Assembly: GCA_964612415.1 (NCBI GenBank)
Contig: CAZTCT010000001.1
Span: 71,955 to 135,954 of the forward strand
Reading direction: 5' to 3'
DNA length: 64,000 bases
Source: an uncultured Candidatus Saccharibacteria bacterium
GTDB lineage: Bacteria > Patescibacteriota > Minisyncoccia > Phycocordibacterales > CAYRGE01
Shown: positions 1 to 9,850 of the stretch, in pieces
How the letters are laid out: the number at the start of each line of letters is the position of its first letter
Position numbering within the stretch: position 1 is the stretch's first letter
The notes under the pieces: model-generated
Database searches by the model: none
Seen by the model: the letters and a program-made list of their open reading frames with translations, nothing else
Told to the model about the DNA's origin: nothing
Made by a program: the position numbers and the translations under genes

Positions 1-452
1 GTGATAGTCACAGGTTCAGGAACAATAAGATCTGTTATGTCTGTATACCAATCAGCGTTTCTCACCCAAGAAAAAACTTCGGGGTCAGTTCTTAATATTT
101 TTTTTGCCTGCTCTAGATAGGTGGCCATATTTTCATCGGCTTCTTTTTGCGACACCTCTGGACGAACCTTGCTCTTCCCTGTAGGGTCGCCAATCCGCGC
201 AGTGAAGTCCCCCATGAGAAAAACCACCTTGCACCCAAGGTCTTGAAGCACTCGGAGTTTCCGTAGCACAACAGCGTGCCCAAGGTGTATGTCTGGACGC
301 GTTGGATCAACCCCAAACTTAATGATTATGTCTTTTTTGTACTCTCCCTTCTCTTTTGCCTCGAGTTTTTTCCCGAAAATGTTCCCGGGGTCTAGATATG
401 CGACCACCCCGCGGGAAAAGAGGTCTTTTCTTTCATTGTTCGCAGATTCCAT
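1..452 (-). CDS. tyrS: tyrosyl-tRNA synthetase, N-terminal part (ORF runs off the window start)
   Basis: Reverse translation from ATG at 452 gives MESANNERKD...KFGVDPTRPDIHLGHAVVLRKL...FLMGDFTARIGDPTGKS. This shows a class I HIGH motif plus the TyrRS-typical GDFTxxIGDPxGKS block. It is absent from the ORF track because it is truncated by the window edge. Confidence 0.75.
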   Translation of the reverse strand, partial: MESANNERKDLFSRGVVAYLDPGNIFGKKLEAKEKGEYKKDIIIKFGVDPTRPDIHLGHAVVLRKLRVLQDLGCKVVFLMGDFTARIGDPTGKSKVRPEVSQKEADENMATYLEQAKKILRTDPEVFSWVRNADWYTDITDLIVPEPVTI

Positions 453-542
453 GTACCACTACTCTAGCACAACGAAAAATCGTTGTCTCCTTGTTTTTTC
501 CTCTATTTTTGGCATATTTCTGGTATTATGATAGGTAAGAAA

Positions 543-3065
543 ATGAAGAAATTGTTCCGTTCTTGGGGAATAAAAAATGTCGTTCTCTCCCTCCTTTTCT
601 TGGGCTTTGCAACAGGGGGGATTGTTTTCGTATGGCTCTCAACAATTACCCTTCCTTCCTTCGAAGACCTAGAAAATCAGAAGCTCATTGAGTCTACAAA
701 AATATACGACAGGACCGGCGAGGTACTCCTCTATGATGTGCACGAGGACATTAAGCGCACCGTCGTGCCCCTAGAAGATATTTCTTTGTATATCCGGAAC
801 GCGACTGTTGCTGCTGAAGACAGTAATTTTTATCAGCATTACGGAATAGAGCCCCTGGCAATATTGCGTGCTGTCCTCATCCAGCCTCTTCGTGGTAAGG
901 GGGTGCAGGGTGGGTCTACTATAACGCAGCAAGTTGTTAAAAATTCACTTCTTACAAAAGAGCGCAGTATCACTCGAAAAATAAAGGAGTGGATACTTGC
1001 CGTTCGCCTTGAGCAGGTTATTTCAAAAGACCAGATATTAAGCCTTTACCTTAATGGCTCTCCATATGGAGGGAATATTTATGGTATTGAAGAAGCAAGT
1101 CTTGGTTTTTTTGGCAAACACGCAAAAGATCTCACCTTGGCTGAATCTGCATATCTTGCGGCACTTCCTCAACTTCCAACTTACTATTCCCCTTACGGCA
1201 GCCATGTAGACGACCTAAAAGCAAGAAAGGATTGGATATTGGGCAGAATGTTGGCTTTAGGGTTTATAGCTGAGGACGAGTATAGTGATGCCTTGTCTGA
1301 GGAGGTAAAATTTATGCCTCAAGAGTCTTTTGGCATCAAAGCGCCTCATTTTGCAATATGGGTTCGTCAGTATCTTGAAAATAAATATGGAAAAGATGTA
1401 GTTGAAAATGGTGGTCTTAAGGTAACCACAACCCTTGATTACGAAATGCAGAAAAAGGCTGAGGAAATTGTTGCACAGTATGGCGACGAAAACGAGGTCA
1501 AGTTCAACGCTGGAAACGCAGGGATGGTCGCTATTGACCCTAAAACAGGGCAGATCCTTTCTATGGTTGGTTCTCGTAATTACTTTGATACTGAAAGAGA
1601 GGGCAATTTCAATATAACCATTGCCCGCAGACAACCTGGGTCAACTTTTAAGCCTTTTGTGTACGCCACAGCTTTTAAGAAAGGCTACACACCAGACACA
1701 ACAGTTTTTGATCTTAAAACACAGTTCCAAACAACTTGTGACGCAGAGGGAAAGCCGCTTTTGCCAAATGGAGATCCCTCCCAGTGCTACACACCAGAAA
1801 ATTATGACTTGGTATATAGAGGCCCCATAACCCTAAAAGAGGCCTTGGCGCAATCAATAAACATTCCTGCGATTAAAACCCTTTACCTTGCTGGCATAAG
1901 GGACTCTATTCAAACAGCGCATGACTTGGGCATTACAGGGCTTTCAGACCCAAATCAATACGGACTTACTCTTGTGCTAGGTGGAGGAGAGGTAAGCTTA
2001 CTTGAACTCACCAGCGCATACGGCGTATTTGCAAATGAGGGGGTAAGAAATCCGTACACAGGAATATTGCGTGTTGAGGACTCAGACGGGAAGGTTCTTG
2101 AGGAATACACACCTTCTCCAAAACAAGCTCTGGACCAAAATATTGCTCGTCAAATAACAGGGATTCTTTCTAGTGAGGAATTGCGTGTTCCTGCCTTTGG
2201 ATCACATTCCCCTCTTTACTTCCCCAATGAGGAGGTTGCGGCAAAAACGGGCACCACAAATGACTACAGAGATGCGTGGGTTGTTGGGTATACCCCAACA
2301 CTCGCGGTCGGCGCATGGGTCGGTAACAATGACAATACGCCTATGGAAAAGAAGGTTGCAGGGTTTGTGGTTGCCCCTATGTGGCACGCCTTCTTTGCAG
2401 ACGCCCTTAATTTGGTCCCCCGCGAGAGCTTTGTGGCCCCTGACCCAACGTATACAGACACCATAAAGCCTGCCTTGCGTGGAGAGTGGCGTGGCGGTGA
2501 TGTATATGTTGTCGACAAAATCTCAGGTGGTCTTGCGACAGAATACACCCCTACTGACCTTAGAGAACAGCGAGTTCTCACGAGTGTTCATAGTATTTTA
2601 TATTGGATTAATAAAAATGACCCCCGTGGCCCAATTCCAGACAACCCAGAAAATGACCCCCAGTTCAACTTATGGGAAATTCCTGTCAGAAAGTGGGCTC
2701 TCGAGCATGGATTAAAGGATCAGAGTCCGGACGATATCCCAAAAAATCTTGATAGTGTTCACGGGCCACAGTTTGTGCCAAAAATAACATCTATATCCCC
2801 GCAAAAAAATCAGGTTGTTTCCTCAACAGAGAGACTTGTAGTTACTGTAAGCGCGCAGGGGACAAATCCATTGAAATCTGCTGATTTGTTTATAAACGAC
2901 CAATATGTAGGCTCAGCAACAACTCAACCATTTCGCTTCTCTTTTATTCCAGAAAGTGTTTTGGGTGGTAATCCGGTTGGTTTAGCTGAATTAAAAGTTG
3001 TTGTGTATGATGCGGTTTTAAACAAAACAACAGAAATTATCCCTATCACAATCGCTTCTCTCTAA
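543..3065 (+). CDS. class A penicillin-binding protein (glycosyltransferase + transpeptidase, PBP1A-like) with ~200-aa C-terminal extension
   Basis: GT51 motifs (EDSNFYQHYGIEP, RKIKEWILA), transpeptidase SxxK (STFKPFVY), SxN and KTGT motifs. Start chosen at internal ATG 543 (MKKLFRSW + TM helix) with AGGTAAGA 8 nt upstream; the track ORF starts at 483. Confidence 0.9.
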   Translation: MKKLFRSWGIKNVVLSLLFLGFATGGIVFVWLSTITLPSFEDLENQKLIESTKIYDRTGEVLLYDVHEDIKRTVVPLEDISLYIRNATVAAEDSNFYQHYGIEPLAILRAVLIQPLRGKGVQGGSTITQQVVKNSLLTKERSITRKIKEWILAVRLEQVISKDQILSLYLNGSPYGGNIYGIEEASLGFFGKHAKDLTLAESAYLAALPQLPTYYSPYGSHVDDLKARKDWILGRMLALGFIAEDEYSDALSEEVKFMPQESFGIKAPHFAIWVRQYLENKYGKDVVENGGLKVTTTLDYEMQKKAEEIVAQYGDENEVKFNAGNAGMVAIDPKTGQILSMVGSRNYFDTEREGNFNITIARRQPGSTFKPFVYATAFKKGYTPDTTVFDLKTQFQTTCDAEGKPLLPNGDPSQCYTPENYDLVYRGPITLKEALAQSINIPAIKTLYLAGIRDSIQTAHDLGITGLSDPNQYGLTLVLGGGEVSLLELTSAYGVFANEGVRNPYTGILRVEDSDGKVLEEYTPSPKQALDQNIARQITGILSSEELRVPAFGSHSPLYFPNEEVAAKTGTTNDYRDAWVVGYTPTLAVGAWVGNNDNTPMEKKVAGFVVAPMWHAFFADALNLVPRESFVAPDPTYTDTIKPALRGEWRGGDVYVVDKISGGLATEYTPTDLREQRVLTSVHSILYWINKNDPRGPIPDNPENDPQFNLWEIPVRKWALEHGLKDQSPDDIPKNLDSVHGPQFVPKITSISPQKNQVVSSTERLVVTVSAQGTNPLKSADLFINDQYVGSATTQPFRFSFIPESVLGGNPVGLAELKVVVYDAVLNKTTEIIPITIASL

Positions 3066-3069
3066 ACAC

Positions 3070-3345
3070 TCACCTTATGTCTTTTGGGGATTTCCCTCCC
3101 AAAGAATCCGCGAGGTTTTTTAAAATATAGACTCTTTTTATAAAAATTTCTGTTTTTATATTTTGAGGAACTTTTAGATAAACAATGCCTCGTATAAAAT
3201 TAATTTCTTCTTTTTTTACCTCTATCCCACAAACATCTTTTATCGTTTTTATAACCTCTTTTTTTAGGCTTTCGTCGGGTAGTGAGAATTTTTTGAGTTT
3301 ATTGTCTAATATTTTTTTAATATGGAAAATATCTTCTGGGGCCAT
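3070..3345 (-). CDS. small DUF721/DciA-like protein immediately downstream of dnaN
   Basis: 91-aa ORF. The C-terminal pattern FIRGIVYLKVPQNIKTEIFIKRVYILKNLADSLG resembles the DUF721 (DciA) fold pattern. The position right after dnaN is typical for this family. Weak motif-level call. Confidence 0.45.
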   Translation of the reverse strand: MAPEDIFHIKKILDNKLKKFSLPDESLKKEVIKTIKDVCGIEVKKEEINFIRGIVYLKVPQNIKTEIFIKRVYILKNLADSLGGKSPKDIR

Positions 3346-3351
3346 AGTGCG

Positions 3352-4461
3352 CTATGTACTTAATGGAGCAATAAGATAAAGAAAGGATGTGTCCCCAACA
3401 CCCTTTATAACAAGGGGTTTACCTTGCCCAGAAAAACCAAGGGTAACACTATCTTGTGGAATAACACCCAAACAATCAATAATGTGTTTTTGATTAAACC
3501 CTATTTCAATCGGTTCCCCCTCTAAAACAGCGTCTAGGATCGTTTCATTTCTCCCCACATCAGGATTTTCTGAGATTAAAGATACTTGCTTTTGTTTTGT
3601 TTGCGCCAAAAATAGCACTTTGTGAAATTTATCAGAAAATGCGTTGGCGATTTTAAGTGCGTTTAAAACATCGTTTTTTAGTGTTGTTACCTCTGTTGTG
3701 TTGGTTTTTGGGATTATTTGACGGTAGTCTGGGAAATTTCCACTTACAAGTCTTGATGAGATATGTGTGTTTTTAAAAATAAAAGATATTTGATTCTCGT
3801 TGTGGTAAACAAGAACATCTCCAGTCTCTTCGTCTGTTTCGCAAACTTTTATTATTTCCATTGCTGTTTTTAGGGGGAGAATTAAGGATGAAAACTCTTG
3901 GTTATTTTTTGTGAGAATTTTCTTCTCAGCAAGACGTACAGAATCTGTTGCCACAAACACCACTGTTTTGCCTTCAGGGTACATATAAACACTAGATATT
4001 TCTGGCTTTATATTTGATATTGCTGCACTAAAAACAACACTTTTAAGTCCGTTTAAAAGATTGTTTTTTTCTATTAAAATCTCGTTTTCTTTTGGTTTTT
4101 GAGGAAGGGTTGGAAAATCATCAACGGGGAAACATTTTATTACCGCTTTATTCCCCCCTCCTGTAAAAAGGATGTTTCCTTTTTCTTCCTCTATTGAGAC
4201 AATTTTTTGATCTTGGATTGTGGTGAGGATATTACTTAATACTTGTGGGAGAACTACAAAAGACCCATTTTTTTGTGTTTTTGTTTGAATTACTGACTCA
4301 AAACCTATTTCAAGATTTGTTGCTCTAATAGTAACTTTATTATTTTCAATTAAAAACAAAACTCCTTGTAGTGTTGGTAGTGTTGAATTTTTACCTCCCA
4401 AAAACCTCTCTGCTAGAGATAAAACTTTTTTTAATTTTTCTGAAAAGAATTCTATTTTCAT
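3352..4461 (-). CDS. dnaN: DNA polymerase III beta sliding clamp
   Basis: 369 aa, MKIEFFSEKLKKVLSLAERFLGGKNSTLPTLQGVLF..., three-domain length, located downstream of dnaA. Confidence 0.9.
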   Translation of the reverse strand: MKIEFFSEKLKKVLSLAERFLGGKNSTLPTLQGVLFLIENNKVTIRATNLEIGFESVIQTKTQKNGSFVVLPQVLSNILTTIQDQKIVSIEEEKGNILFTGGGNKAVIKCFPVDDFPTLPQKPKENEILIEKNNLLNGLKSVVFSAAISNIKPEISSVYMYPEGKTVVFVATDSVRLAEKKILTKNNQEFSSLILPLKTAMEIIKVCETDEETGDVLVYHNENQISFIFKNTHISSRLVSGNFPDYRQIIPKTNTTEVTTLKNDVLNALKIANAFSDKFHKVLFLAQTKQKQVSLISENPDVGRNETILDAVLEGEPIEIGFNQKHIIDCLGVIPQDSVTLGFSGQGKPLVIKGVGDTSFLYLIAPLST

Positions 4462-4709
4462 ATTAATAAATGTTTATATATTTCTATATATAAAATATTT
4501 ATTATTACTATTATATGTGTTAATAAGTTGAAAACTTAAAAAAACCTTTATTTTACTGATTAAAAAACTATTTTTAAAAAGAAGAAGTTGTGAATAATGT
4601 GTGAAATTAAATAAAAGATTGTGGATAAATATCTCTAAAAATATATCAGCAGTTTTTATAAACAAATTTTTCCACAACTTTTTCATAATAAAACACAGCT
4701 TATTAACAT
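4462..4709. other. putative oriC: AT-rich dnaA-dnaN spacer carrying a DnaA-box cluster
   Basis: The 248-bp spacer is very AT-rich. It holds one perfect DnaA box TGTGGATAA (4620..4628), TGTGAATAA (4589..4597, 1 mismatch) and TTTTCCACA (4668..4676, 1 mismatch on the opposite strand), with long A/T tracts typical of a DNA unwinding element (DUE). Confidence 0.6.
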
Positions 4710-6071
4710 TTAAAACATAGATTTAATCTTCTCGATTTCATGCGATAGACCAATGTCTTTTTTAATATCATTTTTTATCTTCTCACAAGAGTGTATTACT
4801 GTTGTGTGATCTCTTCCACCAAGTTTTTGTCCGATGGTAGGAAAAGAAACATTAAACTCCTCACGGAGAAGATACATAGCTATTTGACGGGGCTTTACCA
4901 CCTCCTTTCTTCGAGTTTTTTGGTAAATAGAATCCTCTTCAATATTGTAAAAATTTGCCACCATACGAACAATATCTTTAACAGACACGTTTTTCTGAGG
5001 CTGGACACTGTTCTTAATAAGCGATTTTACTTCAGGAATAGAAAGATCACGGTTTTTAAGTTGGGTTTGGCACATAACCACATTTAAAACACCCTCCAAT
5101 TCTCGTATGCTCCCCTCTACAGATGAAGCCAAAAAATCAACAATCTCGTCAGAAAGTATAAAGCCATTGGTCTGTGTTTTTGCTTTCAAGATAGAGAAAC
5201 GAGACTCGTAATCAGGTTGCGATATGTCAACGATCATTCCTGCGCCAAAACGAGAACGCAGACGGTCTTCTAGTGTGGGGATATAACTAGGGTGCCTATC
5301 AGAAGAAAATATTATTTGGCGGTTATTGTCGTAAAGTGTGTTAAATAAATGAAAAAGCTCTTCTTGAAACTTCTGTTTGTTTGCTAGAAATTGAATGTCA
5401 TCCATAATAAGGACGTCATACTTTCTGTATTTTTCTTTAAACTGGTTTACTTTCTGCGCCTGGAGTGAGTTGATGTAATCAACAGAGAATTTTTCAGACG
5501 TAATGTAGTAAACCTTTTTACCAGGGTATAAAGTCTTTATTTGATTTCCTACCGCCTGGATGAGGTGTGTTTTTCCTAAACCAGTACCACCGTATACAAA
5601 AAGAGGGTTGTATACTACCCCGGGCTTTTTAAGAATTGCTTGCGCAGCGGCATGAGCAAGTTCGTTGAAAGGCCCAATAATAAAAGAATCAAATGTATAT
5701 CGAGGGTTCAGATTATCCTCTTTGTTGATATAAAGGTCGTTTAAAGGGAGCTCGTTAAACTGCTGTATTGCCACACTCCTTCTTTCCTGCTCATGTCCTG
5801 ATGAGCCCGTGTGGTTTTCTTTGCAAACAATATATTCAACCCCCCTTATATACTCAGCTGATTCTCGGAGAGAACGTAAGATCACTTTGTGGTATTTATT
5901 CACCAACCACTCTTTCACAAACTCGTTAGGGACTCCAACATACACACACCCACTCTCTTGTTTAACAATATGTGTGTTTTTAAACCATGTACTGAAATTT
6001 GCTTTAGAAACCTGAGGCTCAATACCCGTTAGAACTGTTCCCCAAAGCTTTTCATTATTCACAAGAGACAT
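4710..6071 (-). CDS. dnaA: chromosomal replication initiator DnaA
   Basis: 453 aa, Walker A GGTGLGKTHL, AAA+ box VLIMDDIQFL, C-terminal DNA-binding helix-turn-helix (KLGGRDHTTVIHSCEKI). Confidence 0.95.
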   Translation of the reverse strand: MSLVNNEKLWGTVLTGIEPQVSKANFSTWFKNTHIVKQESGCVYVGVPNEFVKEWLVNKYHKVILRSLRESAEYIRGVEYIVCKENHTGSSGHEQERRSVAIQQFNELPLNDLYINKEDNLNPRYTFDSFIIGPFNELAHAAAQAILKKPGVVYNPLFVYGGTGLGKTHLIQAVGNQIKTLYPGKKVYYITSEKFSVDYINSLQAQKVNQFKEKYRKYDVLIMDDIQFLANKQKFQEELFHLFNTLYDNNRQIIFSSDRHPSYIPTLEDRLRSRFGAGMIVDISQPDYESRFSILKAKTQTNGFILSDEIVDFLASSVEGSIRELEGVLNVVMCQTQLKNRDLSIPEVKSLIKNSVQPQKNVSVKDIVRMVANFYNIEEDSIYQKTRRKEVVKPRQIAMYLLREEFNVSFPTIGQKLGGRDHTTVIHSCEKIKNDIKKDIGLSHEIEKIKSMF

Positions 6072-6299
6072 GATGGGTGACTGTGTAAGTGGTTACCATT
6101 ATATGCTTTTCTTAAGAAACACACAAAGTAACCTTATTTTTTGCGTAAAAACATTATATATCGTCTTAAAAACCATGGAACTTGTCAAAAAAGACTCATT
6201 GTGTTAATAAAGTGTTTATAACTTGTGGATTTCTGTAACGACCAACAGCCATTTTTACTGTAAGTTGAGGTTGTTTCAAAAACCACATATAATAAAACT

Positions 6300-6437
6300 A
6301 TGTCAACAACATACCAACCAAAAAAGAGGAAGCGAGCAAAGGCGCACGGGTTTCGATCCAGAACTAAAACAACCAACGGGAAAAAGGTTATTAAAGCAAG
6401 GCGTCACAAAGGAAGAAAGCGTCTAAGCACCGTCTAA
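6300..6437 (+). CDS. rpmH: 50S ribosomal protein L34
   Basis: Hand-translated 45 aa: [45 protein letters not shown] (canonical L34). Below the 60-aa cut-off of the ORF track. Confidence 0.85.
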   Translation: MSTTYQPKKRKRAKAHGFRSRTKTTNGKKVIKARRHKGRKRLSTV

Positions 6438-6462
6438 GCGGGCTGGGCCGCTGCCCTTCCCT

Positions 6463-6753
6463 ATGCCACAAAAGACCAATTTAGGAGGAAATAAAGAGCT
6501 CTTTTCTTTGAGGTTTATCCCTTCTCGCTCAGCAAAAGAAGAACAAGTTTTTTTTATTGTCTCAAAAAAGGTTGCAAAAAAAGCGACAGAAAGAAATCTT
6601 CTCAAAAGAAGATATAAGCACGCGCTAAGAGATGTCGCCGCAAACCTCCCCAAAAGAAAGAACATCACTTTTTATATAAAGCAGGGCTCTCTAAAGGCTA
6701 CATTCCTCCAAATAAAAGCTGCTCTCAAGCAGAGCCTTGCTTCTATAAAATAA
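6463..6753 (+). CDS. rnpA: RNase P protein component
   Basis: 96 aa, basic, with the RNR-like motif [12 protein letters not shown]. Sits in the rpmH-rnpA-yidD-yidC synteny. Confidence 0.8.
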   Translation: MPQKTNLGGNKELFSLRFIPSRSAKEEQVFFIVSKKVAKKATERNLLKRRYKHALRDVAANLPKRKNITFYIKQGSLKATFLQIKAALKQSLASIK

Positions 6754-6755
6754 TA

Positions 6756-7004
6756 ATGTCACCACTCTCCTCCACCATTGTTTTTCTTGTAAAGATCTAC
6801 CAAAAAACTCTATCTCTAGAGACAGGGGTCCTCAAAAATTTTATACCAGAATCAAAAAGAGGGGTTTGCATGTATTACCCCTCGTGCTCGAACTACTGCA
6901 TTTTAGCGGTTAAAAAATACGGGGCAATTAAAGGGACTATTCTTGGGGTGAAAAGGATCCTTTCTTGCCGACCAGGGAAAGAACCAAAAGTGGACTTCCC
7001 TTAA
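6756..7004 (+). CDS. yidD: membrane protein insertion efficiency factor YidD
   Basis: 82 aa, [37 protein letters not shown] matches the YidD (DUF37) signature. Confidence 0.85.
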   Translation: MSPLSSTIVFLVKIYQKTLSLETGVLKNFIPESKRGVCMYYPSCSNYCILAVKKYGAIKGTILGVKRILSCRPGKEPKVDFP

Positions 7005-7040
7005 AATTGCAAAAAAATACAACTCTAATACAATAAACAA

Positions 7041-7799
7041 ATGGCGCAGCTTTTTTTTACGGCTATTGTGGAGCCCATCTACAATGGCTTTGTTTTTTTC
7101 ATAGATACCCTTCCAGGGGCTAGTGTAGGGTTCTCAATCATAATTGTTACCCTTATTGTAAGGTCTTTACTCCTTCCCTTGTCACACAAAGCGTCTCTTT
7201 CGCAAGTTAAAATGAAGGCCCTTGCCCCTGAGCTTGAGGTCATAAAAAAGAAATATGAGGGCAACAAAGAGGAGCAGGCAAAAAAAACCTTTGAATTGTA
7301 TAAACAGCATAACCTAAACCCTTTCTCAAGCTGCCTCTCAATGGTCGTTCAAATCCCTATCGTTCTAGGGCTTTTCTATGTGTTTTATCGGTATCTTCCA
7401 CAAGGAATAAACCCAGACTTTCTGTATTCATTTGTAACAATGCCCACCGCGCCAAACCTACACTTTCTTGGGGTTTTTGACCTTAGCCAAAAAAGCATAA
7501 TCCTCGCCCTTCTTGCAGCAACAGCGCAATTTTTCCAGCTCAGGTACATGTCGCCAGTTCCACCAAAGCAAGGGGAGAAGAAGGAGAAAAAAGCATTCGC
7601 CGAAGAAATGATGGCAAATATGACAAAACAAATGCGCTATACTCTCCCGGCAATTATCTTCATTGGTGCATATTACACCTCAGCAGCAGTTGCTCTTTAT
7701 TGGACCACAAGCAATATATTCTCATTTGCGCATGAGTGGTATGTAAGAAAAAAGGTTGAGAGAGAAGGAGTTAAAAAAACCGCACACGAGACCCACTAG
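7041..7799 (+). CDS. yidC: membrane protein insertase YidC (short, Gram-positive/CPR type)
   Basis: 252 aa, multi-TM, conserved SLLLPLSHKASLSQVKMKALAPELEVIKKKY...ELYKQHNLNPFSSCL core. Confidence 0.9.
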   Translation: MAQLFFTAIVEPIYNGFVFFIDTLPGASVGFSIIIVTLIVRSLLLPLSHKASLSQVKMKALAPELEVIKKKYEGNKEEQAKKTFELYKQHNLNPFSSCLSMVVQIPIVLGLFYVFYRYLPQGINPDFLYSFVTMPTAPNLHFLGVFDLSQKSIILALLAATAQFFQLRYMSPVPPKQGEKKEKKAFAEEMMANMTKQMRYTLPAIIFIGAYYTSAAVALYWTTSNIFSFAHEWYVRKKVEREGVKKTAHETH

Positions 7800-9073
7800 T
7801 TTTCTGGTTGAGTTGGGTCATTGGAGACTTGAGCAGGATTACCAAACGCCGTTTGGTCTAATAGTACACGCCAGGGGAGCCCGTTTCTTTTATTGACGAA
7901 TGATATTGTAAGGTCATCTGCGTCAAGAGACAGGTTAATTGCGTCCATTGGGTCTCCTTCTTGATCAGAGAGCCCCACAATGCGCGTAGAATCTCCTGTG
8001 TCTGTGTTTATGCGCCACAGAGAGTCTGAAAATGACACCACACCTTGATACCAGTCATCAGGGTATTTTCCTGAAGGGACAGAGTCGGGTATCGCGCAGT
8101 AGATTACACTTGCCTCAACATTGCTCCATGTGCACTTCTCGGGCATGGTAAAGAAGTTAAAAGGAACATCTTGGCTAGATGCAACATCAAAAAGATGCAT
8201 TGTATACCCCGATTCACTTGCAAGGTAAAGTATTTTACTTACGTCCTTGTTCGCGATATCAGTTATACCTGGGACATTTGCGATTTTTCTTGAAAGAGAC
8301 CCAGACGATGCGCTCAAGGTGTACACATGCCCAGTTACCCCACTAGATGGCTTTGTTGAGAGCAAGAGAGTGTTTGTCGATGGCCACGAGACAAGCCATT
8401 CAGTAAACGGAGAAGAGAAAATCTGTCGGCGATTTGTCCCCTCAAAAGAAGAGATATTTCCCACTACACCAGAACTTGTTTTAACGAGATAAAAGAGATT
8501 GTTTCCTTGTGAGGAGAAGCCGACAATATTTTGCGGAAGGAAGACCCCAGATGTTTCTGTACTCGAAGTATCTCCAGCTGCGGGGAGTTTGAGTGCGTAT
8601 GTTTCAATTGTTGCTGTGTCACCATCACCACTTCTGCGGGTTGCCACATATGATGCATCAGACGACCAGACCGCATCTTGTACCCCAGGGATTGTTTCTA
8701 TGGACACCTGGTTCTCCTCTAGTGTAGACATACTTGTCTCGTATACATGACCAAGACCACGCTCTATATAGCGAACATAAGGAGTATCATTGTGAGTATA
8801 TGTTGTAAGGCTGGCTACGGGCACATTGTGTAGCTTGTAGAGAATCGGCTGACGCCCCTGCCCTCCACTGAAAATATCCTCTCCAGAAACCTGCTGATCA
8901 GTGTTTCCTTGCTGATCAGTGTTGGGTTGTTGCCCTTGTCCAAAAAAAGGAAAGAGGCCACTACCCCCTCCTTGCTCGCTTGAGCTTGAAAAAAGCATCC
9001 ATGCGGCTATTGCTCCACCCAAGAGTGCGACCAGAAGTATTATGTATGCCCATTTTTTTGATGATGTATTCAT
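7796..9073 (-). CDS. hypothetical membrane-anchored extracytoplasmic protein (N-terminal TM, Q/G-rich linker, repeat/propeller-like domain)
   Basis: 425 aa. It starts with MNTSSKKWAYIILLVALLGGAIAAWMLF, and a low-complexity GQGQQPNTDQQGNTDQQ linker follows. First gene of the minus-strand T4SS-like block. Confidence 0.6.
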   Translation of the reverse strand: MNTSSKKWAYIILLVALLGGAIAAWMLFSSSSEQGGGSGLFPFFGQGQQPNTDQQGNTDQQVSGEDIFSGGQGRQPILYKLHNVPVASLTTYTHNDTPYVRYIERGLGHVYETSMSTLEENQVSIETIPGVQDAVWSSDASYVATRRSGDGDTATIETYALKLPAAGDTSSTETSGVFLPQNIVGFSSQGNNLFYLVKTSSGVVGNISSFEGTNRRQIFSSPFTEWLVSWPSTNTLLLSTKPSSGVTGHVYTLSASSGSLSRKIANVPGITDIANKDVSKILYLASESGYTMHLFDVASSQDVPFNFFTMPEKCTWSNVEASVIYCAIPDSVPSGKYPDDWYQGVVSFSDSLWRINTDTGDSTRIVGLSDQEGDPMDAINLSLDADDLTISFVNKRNGLPWRVLLDQTAFGNPAQVSNDPTQPEN

Positions 9074-9082
9074 AGTCTGTGT

Positions 9083-9844
9083 CTATGGAGTTACTCGTAA
9101 AGCGCAACCGGTTATAACTTTCTTTGAGGCGTCCTTTGTGTATGTGGCATATGTTGCAGCGCAATTAGCAGGGTCCTCGTGTGAGCAATATGGCAGCACA
9201 TTCTCTGGGGATGTTATTGTCGAATAAGTGAAGCAGTAATCTTTTGATGCAGTATTAGGATGGAAAAAGCTCTCTGGGTGGCATCCAGCAGACAAAGGAC
9301 CACTGGGGAGTTTTTGCCCGCACTCATTGGGACCACCAAAACAAAGAACTGGAGAGCCGCTCGATGCCTGGTAGCAGTAACGTTCTTTGCCGGGGACGTC
9401 CCCGTACTGATTTTGGCCGCTTGCGTTAAGTCCCCCAGGGAGACTGAGCCCCACTGAACCACTCCCCAACTTGCCACCAGCGTCTCCAAACCCCACTAGG
9501 TCTGGGTTGATTGCACTGAGAATGACCCAGGCGCCCAAAGCAAGAATAAGGCCGAACAGCGCGTTCCTGATGCGTTCTTTTGCTGCTCCACGAAGAGACT
9601 CGTTTGCCCCAGAGGCAATGTATTGAAGTCCTGCGACGACAAGCATGACCACAGCGCCAATAGAAGCAATTCCAAGCACAAGAGAGAATATGATACCAAA
9701 GTAGTCAGCGAGGGTCGTTACTTGAGTCGTTCCAAAAATGGGCGCAAGAAGCGTATAAGCAAAGGCACTTTCTGGAAGCAACAATAAGAGTGGTATCCCC
9801 CCCCAACTCAGTACTTTTCCTAAATACTTCCTTCCTTTTTGCAT
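9083..9844 (-). CDS. VirB2/TrbC-like T4SS pilin (CPR-type) with cysteine-rich C-terminal extension
   Basis: It has a signal peptide and then two hydrophobic helices, DYFGIIFSLVLGIASIGAVVMLVVAGLQYIASGANESLRGAAKERIRNALFGLILALGAWVILSAI. This is the pattern of TrbC/VirB2-type pilins. The last ~120 aa contain about 10 Cys. Confidence 0.6.
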   Translation of the reverse strand: MQKGRKYLGKVLSWGGIPLLLLLPESAFAYTLLAPIFGTTQVTTLADYFGIIFSLVLGIASIGAVVMLVVAGLQYIASGANESLRGAAKERIRNALFGLILALGAWVILSAINPDLVGFGDAGGKLGSGSVGLSLPGGLNASGQNQYGDVPGKERYCYQASSGSPVLCFGGPNECGQKLPSGPLSAGCHPESFFHPNTASKDYCFTYSTITSPENVLPYCSHEDPANCAATYATYTKDASKKVITGCALRVTP

Positions 9845-9850
9845 ATATAT

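Noticed and set aside
4474-4686. 70-aa ORF inside the dnaA-dnaN spacer
   Set aside because: Its translation is Asn/Lys/Ile/Phe-rich and is simply the reading of an 80% AT oriC-like spacer, and it contains the DnaA boxes.
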